Position numbers and translations under genes: made by a program
Notes under the pieces: generated by a model
What the model was told of the DNA's origin: nothing
Database searches by the model: none
Seen by the model: the letters and a program-made list of their open reading frames with translations, nothing else
Assembly (NCBI GenBank): GCA_963701855.1
Contig: CAVPBK010000014.1
Coordinates: 32,001-96,000 of the forward strand
DNA: 64,000 nucleotides
DNA from: Nitrospirota bacterium
Lineage (GTDB): Bacteria > Nitrospirota > Nitrospiria > Nitrospirales > Nitrospiraceae
Reading direction: 5' to 3'
Shown here: one piece after another, positions 59,854 through 64,000 of the stretch
Layout of the letters: every line of letters starts with the position of its first letter
Position numbering within the stretch: the stretch's first letter is position 1

Positions 59854-61224
59854 TCAGGGCGCAAGGGTAACGGCCTCAATGGCTTCCCTCAGAATTTCGA
59901 CCATACGTCTGAGCTCAGGAAGCGACATGTTGAGTGGGGGCATGAGGACCATGACGTTGCCGATTGGGCGCAGCAAGAGCCCACGGCTGCGCGCGTCCAT
60001 CGCCACCCTGTGGCCGATTCGGGCTTCGAGCGGATAGGGTTTCTTCGTCTGCTTCTCTTTCACCAACTCGATGGCCACGATGAATCCCTGCTGCCGGATC
60101 TCGCCCACTTGGGGCAATTGCTTGAGTGGCTGAAGCAGTCGCGCAAGTGTCTTGATTTTGGGTTGCAATCGCGCCAGCGTTTTCTCTTTCCTGAACACCT
60201 CAAGGCTCGCCAGTGCCACGGCGCAGCCGAGCGGATTGCCGGTGTAACTGTGGCCGTGGAAGAACGTTTTGAAGTCTGCGTATCTGCCGAGAAAGGCCTG
60301 GTAGATCTCGTCGGTGGTGAGGGTTGCGGCCAAGGGCATGTAGCCGCCGGTCAATCCTTTGCTGATCGCCATCAAGTCCGGCATGACCTCCTCATGCTGG
60401 CAGGCGAACATCTTGCCGGTGCGGCCAAATCCGGTGGCGACTTCATCGGCGATTAAGAGAACATCGTACTTGGTGCATAGCTCACGAACTCGCTTCAGAT
60501 AACCTGGAGGGGAGGTCAACATGCCCGCTGCGGCTTGGACAAGTGGCTCGATGATAAAGCCGGCCAGTTCGCGGTGCCGCTCCTTGAGGATCTGTTCAAT
60601 CGGGTCGAGGCAGGCCATTTGGCAGGAAGGATAAGTCAGACTGAGCGGGCAACGATAGCAATAGGGCGGATCGGCTTCGGCGGTGGAGAACAGCAGCGAC
60701 TTAAATCGTCCATGGAAGAGGTCGATGTTGCCCACACTGACGGCGCCGACTGTATCGCCGTGGTAGGCCAGTTTTAGATGCAGAAATGTATTTTTGGGAC
60801 CGGCTTCGGGCCGCCGTAGCTGCCAGTACTGGACCGCCATCTTGAGCGCGATCTCGACCGCCGTCGATCCATCATCGGAATAAAAGACCCGCGTCAGGCC
60901 TTTGGGCACGATTCGGATCAATGCTCGCGCGAGCTGGATCGCCGGTGGATTGGAAAGTCCGAAGAGCGATGAATGGGCAATTTTATCCAGCTGCTGCTTG
61001 ATCGCACGGTCGAGCGATGAATGACGATGGCCGTGGAGATTGACCCAAATGGAAGAGGTTCCGTCGAGGTACTTCTTTCCGTCCGTATCGATCAGGTAAG
61101 ACCCTTTCCCCCGCTCGATAATGAGCGGCTCCTCCTGTTCCCATTCCTGCATTTGGGTGAAGGGATGCCAAAGGTACGTTCGATCCCAGTCGATCAATTG
61201 TTTCGTAGAAGGCGGTCGAGCCAT
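59854..61224 (-). CDS. bioA: Adenosylmethionine-8-amino-7-oxononanoate aminotransferase
   Basis: WHPFTQM, GSTAVEIALKMA, YHGDT, DEVATGFGRTG, SKGLTGGY, HGHSYTGNP. Confidence 0.96.
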   Translation of the reverse strand: MARPPSTKQLIDWDRTYLWHPFTQMQEWEQEEPLIIERGKGSYLIDTDGKKYLDGTSSIWVNLHGHRHSSLDRAIKQQLDKIAHSSLFGLSNPPAIQLARALIRIVPKGLTRVFYSDDGSTAVEIALKMAVQYWQLRRPEAGPKNTFLHLKLAYHGDTVGAVSVGNIDLFHGRFKSLLFSTAEADPPYCYRCPLSLTYPSCQMACLDPIEQILKERHRELAGFIIEPLVQAAAGMLTSPPGYLKRVRELCTKYDVLLIADEVATGFGRTGKMFACQHEEVMPDLMAISKGLTGGYMPLAATLTTDEIYQAFLGRYADFKTFFHGHSYTGNPLGCAVALASLEVFRKEKTLARLQPKIKTLARLLQPLKQLPQVGEIRQQGFIVAIELVKEKQTKKPYPLEARIGHRVAMDARSRGLLLRPIGNVMVLMPPLNMSLPELRRMVEILREAIEAVTLAP

Positions 61225-61400
61225 AGCGGTTGGGCAGAACGTTATTAGTTAATCATCAATCGGTAATCGTTGAACCGGTAGGATCACCGGTTGATGTGTG
61301 ACGGGTCTAAGAGAATATGATGCGATGCAGAGTATACGAGGGGGTGTTTGCTTTGACAACCTTGGGGGCAGTAACTATAATAAACCGATTTTATTGGGAA

Positions 61401-63212
61401 ATGAGCCAGGATTTGCAAAGCCTCATACGCAATTTTTCGATTATTGCCCATATCGATCACGGCAAATCAACTCTCGCTGACCGGTTCCTGGAAGCCACGG
61501 GCGCAGTCACGGCCCGAGAATCGAAAGACCAGATTCTCGACGCGATGGACTTGGAGCGTGAACGCGGAATCACAATCAAGGCCCATGCGGTCGCAGTCCG
61601 GTATAAGGCTAAGGACGGGAAGACGTATGCCTTGCATTTGATCGATACTCCGGGGCACGTCGACTTTACCTATGAAGTTTCGCGCAGTTTGGCGGCTTGT
61701 GAAGGTGCGCTCTTGCTTGTCGATGCCACGCAGGGGGTGCAGGCCCAGACGATCGCCAATGTGAATCTGGCGATGGCCAATAATCTGACTATTATCCCTG
61801 TTATCAATAAGATCGATTTGGCGAGTGCGGATGTTGAGGGGACGAAGCAATCGATCTCGGAAATCCTGCAGCTTGATGCCAGCGATGCGCTGCCCATCAG
61901 CGCAAAGGAGGGAAAGGGTGTGCCAGAGGTGTTGGAGGCGATCATTGCGCGGATTCCACCTCCGTCCGGCAATCCCGATGCGCCGCTCAAGTCACTCATT
62001 TTCGATTCCTGGTTCGACAATTATCAAGGGGTGATCGTGCTGACGAGAGTGGTGGACGGAGCCCTGCGGCCTGGGATGAAGATCAAAGTCATGTCGAACG
62101 ACCGGACGTTCGAAGTGATGGAAGTCGGCCATTTTACTCCGAAGAGAACCAAAAAGACCGAGCTGTTAACCGGCCAGGTCGGGTACCTCTGCGCGAACAT
62201 GAGAGAAGTCGCGGACGTCAAAATCGGCGATACGCTCACGGATGCGGTCTCGCCCACGAGCGCGCCCTTCCCTGGGTATAAAGAAGTGAAGCCGCTGGTG
62301 TTCTGCGGTCTCTATCCTACCGACACCGGCCGGTACGAAGATTTGCGGGATGCGCTGGTCAAGCTGCGGTTGAACGATTCCTCGTTCGTCTATGAGCCGG
62401 AAACGTCCCTCGCGTTGGGGTTCGGGTTTCGATGCGGCTTCTTGGGCCTGTTGCACATGGAAATCATTCAGGAGCGGCTCGAGCGTGAATATAACCTGAC
62501 GCTGCTCACCACCGCGCCGACCGTTGTCTATCGCGTGCTGACGACCAAGGGCGAGGTGCTGGAGGTCAATAACCCGACGCAACTCCCGCCTCCCAGCAGT
62601 ATCGACTCGTTTGAGGAGCCGTTTATTCTGGCGTCGATCATTACTCCCGAACGGTATATGGGGGCTATCCTCCAGCTCTGTCAGGAACGCCGAGGGATTC
62701 AGCAGGGCATGCAATTTCTCGATCCGACCAGAGTGATGATCAATTATGAGTTGCCGCTCAACGAAGTCATTCTTGATTTTTACGATAAGCTCAAGTCGCG
62801 CACACAAGGCTATGCCTCGCTCGATTATGAGCTGCTCGGCTATCGCGAGTCCGATCTCGTGAGGCTCGATATTCTCTTGAACGGCGAGGCGGTCGATGCC
62901 TTGTCGTTTATCACCCACAAAGACCGTTCTATTCAGCGTGGGCGTCTGCTCGCCGAGAAAATGAAGGAACTCATTCCACGGCAGATGTATGAGATTGCCA
63001 TTCAGGCGGCGATCGGGAGCAAGATCATTGCGCGCGAGACGATCGGAGCGATGAAGAAGAACGTGCTGGCGAAATGCTACGGCGGTGATATTACGCGGAA
63101 ACGCAAGCTCTTAGAGAAACAGAAGGAAGGGAAGAAGCGCATGAAATCGGTCGGGAGCGTGGAAGTGCCGCAAGAGGCCTTTCTCGCCATCTTGAAAGTC
63201 GGTGAGGAATGA
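61401..63212 (+). CDS. lepA: Elongation factor 4
   Basis: [52 protein letters not shown]. Confidence 0.98.
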   Translation: MSQDLQSLIRNFSIIAHIDHGKSTLADRFLEATGAVTARESKDQILDAMDLERERGITIKAHAVAVRYKAKDGKTYALHLIDTPGHVDFTYEVSRSLAACEGALLLVDATQGVQAQTIANVNLAMANNLTIIPVINKIDLASADVEGTKQSISEILQLDASDALPISAKEGKGVPEVLEAIIARIPPPSGNPDAPLKSLIFDSWFDNYQGVIVLTRVVDGALRPGMKIKVMSNDRTFEVMEVGHFTPKRTKKTELLTGQVGYLCANMREVADVKIGDTLTDAVSPTSAPFPGYKEVKPLVFCGLYPTDTGRYEDLRDALVKLRLNDSSFVYEPETSLALGFGFRCGFLGLLHMEIIQERLEREYNLTLLTTAPTVVYRVLTTKGEVLEVNNPTQLPPPSSIDSFEEPFILASIITPERYMGAILQLCQERRGIQQGMQFLDPTRVMINYELPLNEVILDFYDKLKSRTQGYASLDYELLGYRESDLVRLDILLNGEAVDALSFITHKDRSIQRGRLLAEKMKELIPRQMYEIAIQAAIGSKIIARETIGAMKKNVLAKCYGGDITRKRKLLEKQKEGKKRMKSVGSVEVPQEAFLAILKVGEE

Positions 63213-63988
63213 GCGGGGACACGAAGCATCCCCCATCGGACGATCTCAGGCCCGGGACTCAACAGGGGCCGACGGATGCCGCAGGCGCGCCGGTGGTGTT
63301 CGCCGAGCCGTCGACGGTGGCACGGCTGGGCAAGAAGTCGCTCTTTCGCGAGTACGGAGAGGCCATTGTCGTGGCGATGCTCTTGGCCTTTGCGATTCGA
63401 GTGTTTGTCGTCCAGGCCTTCAAGATTCCCTCCGGCTCGATGATTCCCACGCTGTTGATCGGGGATCATATCCTGGTCAGCAAGCTGTCCTACGGCATTC
63501 AATGGCCCAGCCAGTGCAAGTTTCAAGCGGGCTTTCCTCCCATCAATTGCTATGCCTCGCAGGCCCTCATCGAGTTCGGCAAGCCGCAGCGGGGAGACAT
63601 CATCGTGTTCCGTTTTCCCGAAGACGAGGAAAAGGATTTCATCAAACGGATCGTAGGGACTCCAGGCGATACCATTCAACTTCGTAATAAAGCCGTGCTG
63701 GTGAACGGGGTCGAGCTCAATGATAAATCCTTCACCCAACGGATCGATCCGGGGGTCATCGACGGCACGATTAATCCGCGCGACAATTTCGGGCCGGTGA
63801 CTGTGCCCGATGGCTCCTATTTCGTGATGGGCGACAATCGCGACCAAAGTTTGGACAGCCGGTTTTGGGGATTCGTGCGCGAGGAAAAGGTCCGCGGGAA
63901 GGCGTTCCGTATTTACTGGTCGTGGAACGGGCAAGGCCAAATGACGGAGTGGGTCAGATGGGATCGATTCGGCAAAGCCATTCAATAG
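63209..63988 (+). CDS. lepB: Signal peptidase I
   Basis: [32 protein letters not shown]. Confidence 0.97.
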   Translation: MSGDTKHPPSDDLRPGTQQGPTDAAGAPVVFAEPSTVARLGKKSLFREYGEAIVVAMLLAFAIRVFVVQAFKIPSGSMIPTLLIGDHILVSKLSYGIQWPSQCKFQAGFPPINCYASQALIEFGKPQRGDIIVFRFPEDEEKDFIKRIVGTPGDTIQLRNKAVLVNGVELNDKSFTQRIDPGVIDGTINPRDNFGPVTVPDGSYFVMGDNRDQSLDSRFWGFVREEKVRGKAFRIYWSWNGQGQMTEWVRWDRFGKAIQ

Positions 63989-64000
63989 GTAAAGGTAAAG

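Noticed and set aside
741..63985. Many long antisense or alternate-frame ORFs (e.g. 741-1562, 35126-36022, 62166-62918, 63077-63985)
   Set aside because: They shadow well-identified genes on the opposite strand, as expected in GC-rich DNA, and have no motifs

Overview
A GC-rich bacterial chromosome segment. Gene content and the intergenic repeat style suggest Nitrospira/Nitrospirota (inference). Most of it is housekeeping: proS-rseP-dxr-cdsA-uppS, tldD/pmbA, udg, hpnD/hpnE, moaC/moaD-E/moaA, accD-folC-lptD-trxA-recN, bcp, bioA, lepA-lepB. The accessory material is more interesting. (1) Integron-type cassettes are scattered without any integrase in the window. One is an Abi/UG-class (Abi-P2-like, YRDD) reverse transcriptase bounded by a canonical attC (11157-11253) inside a decayed cassette cluster next to a RelE/ParE TA pair. 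Another is a solo cassette with a 59-bp attC (59324-59382) carrying an RxxxxH (HEPN-like) orphan. An EVE+PD-(D/E)xK nuclease gene may be a third, degenerate case. (2) A sigma54/c-di-GMP signalling operon is headed by a 1395-aa REC-PAS-pseudo-kinase-PilZ-PilZ-LuxD-like hydrolase-methyltransferase fusion. (3) A family of ~51-nt fixed-length intergenic elements sits inside variable but always self-complementary stems, alongside MITE-like elements. (4) There is a class II ribonucleotide reductase pseudogene with a microhomology-type deletion, plus two genes broken by single-base insertions. No rRNA, tRNA or CRISPR array was recognised.
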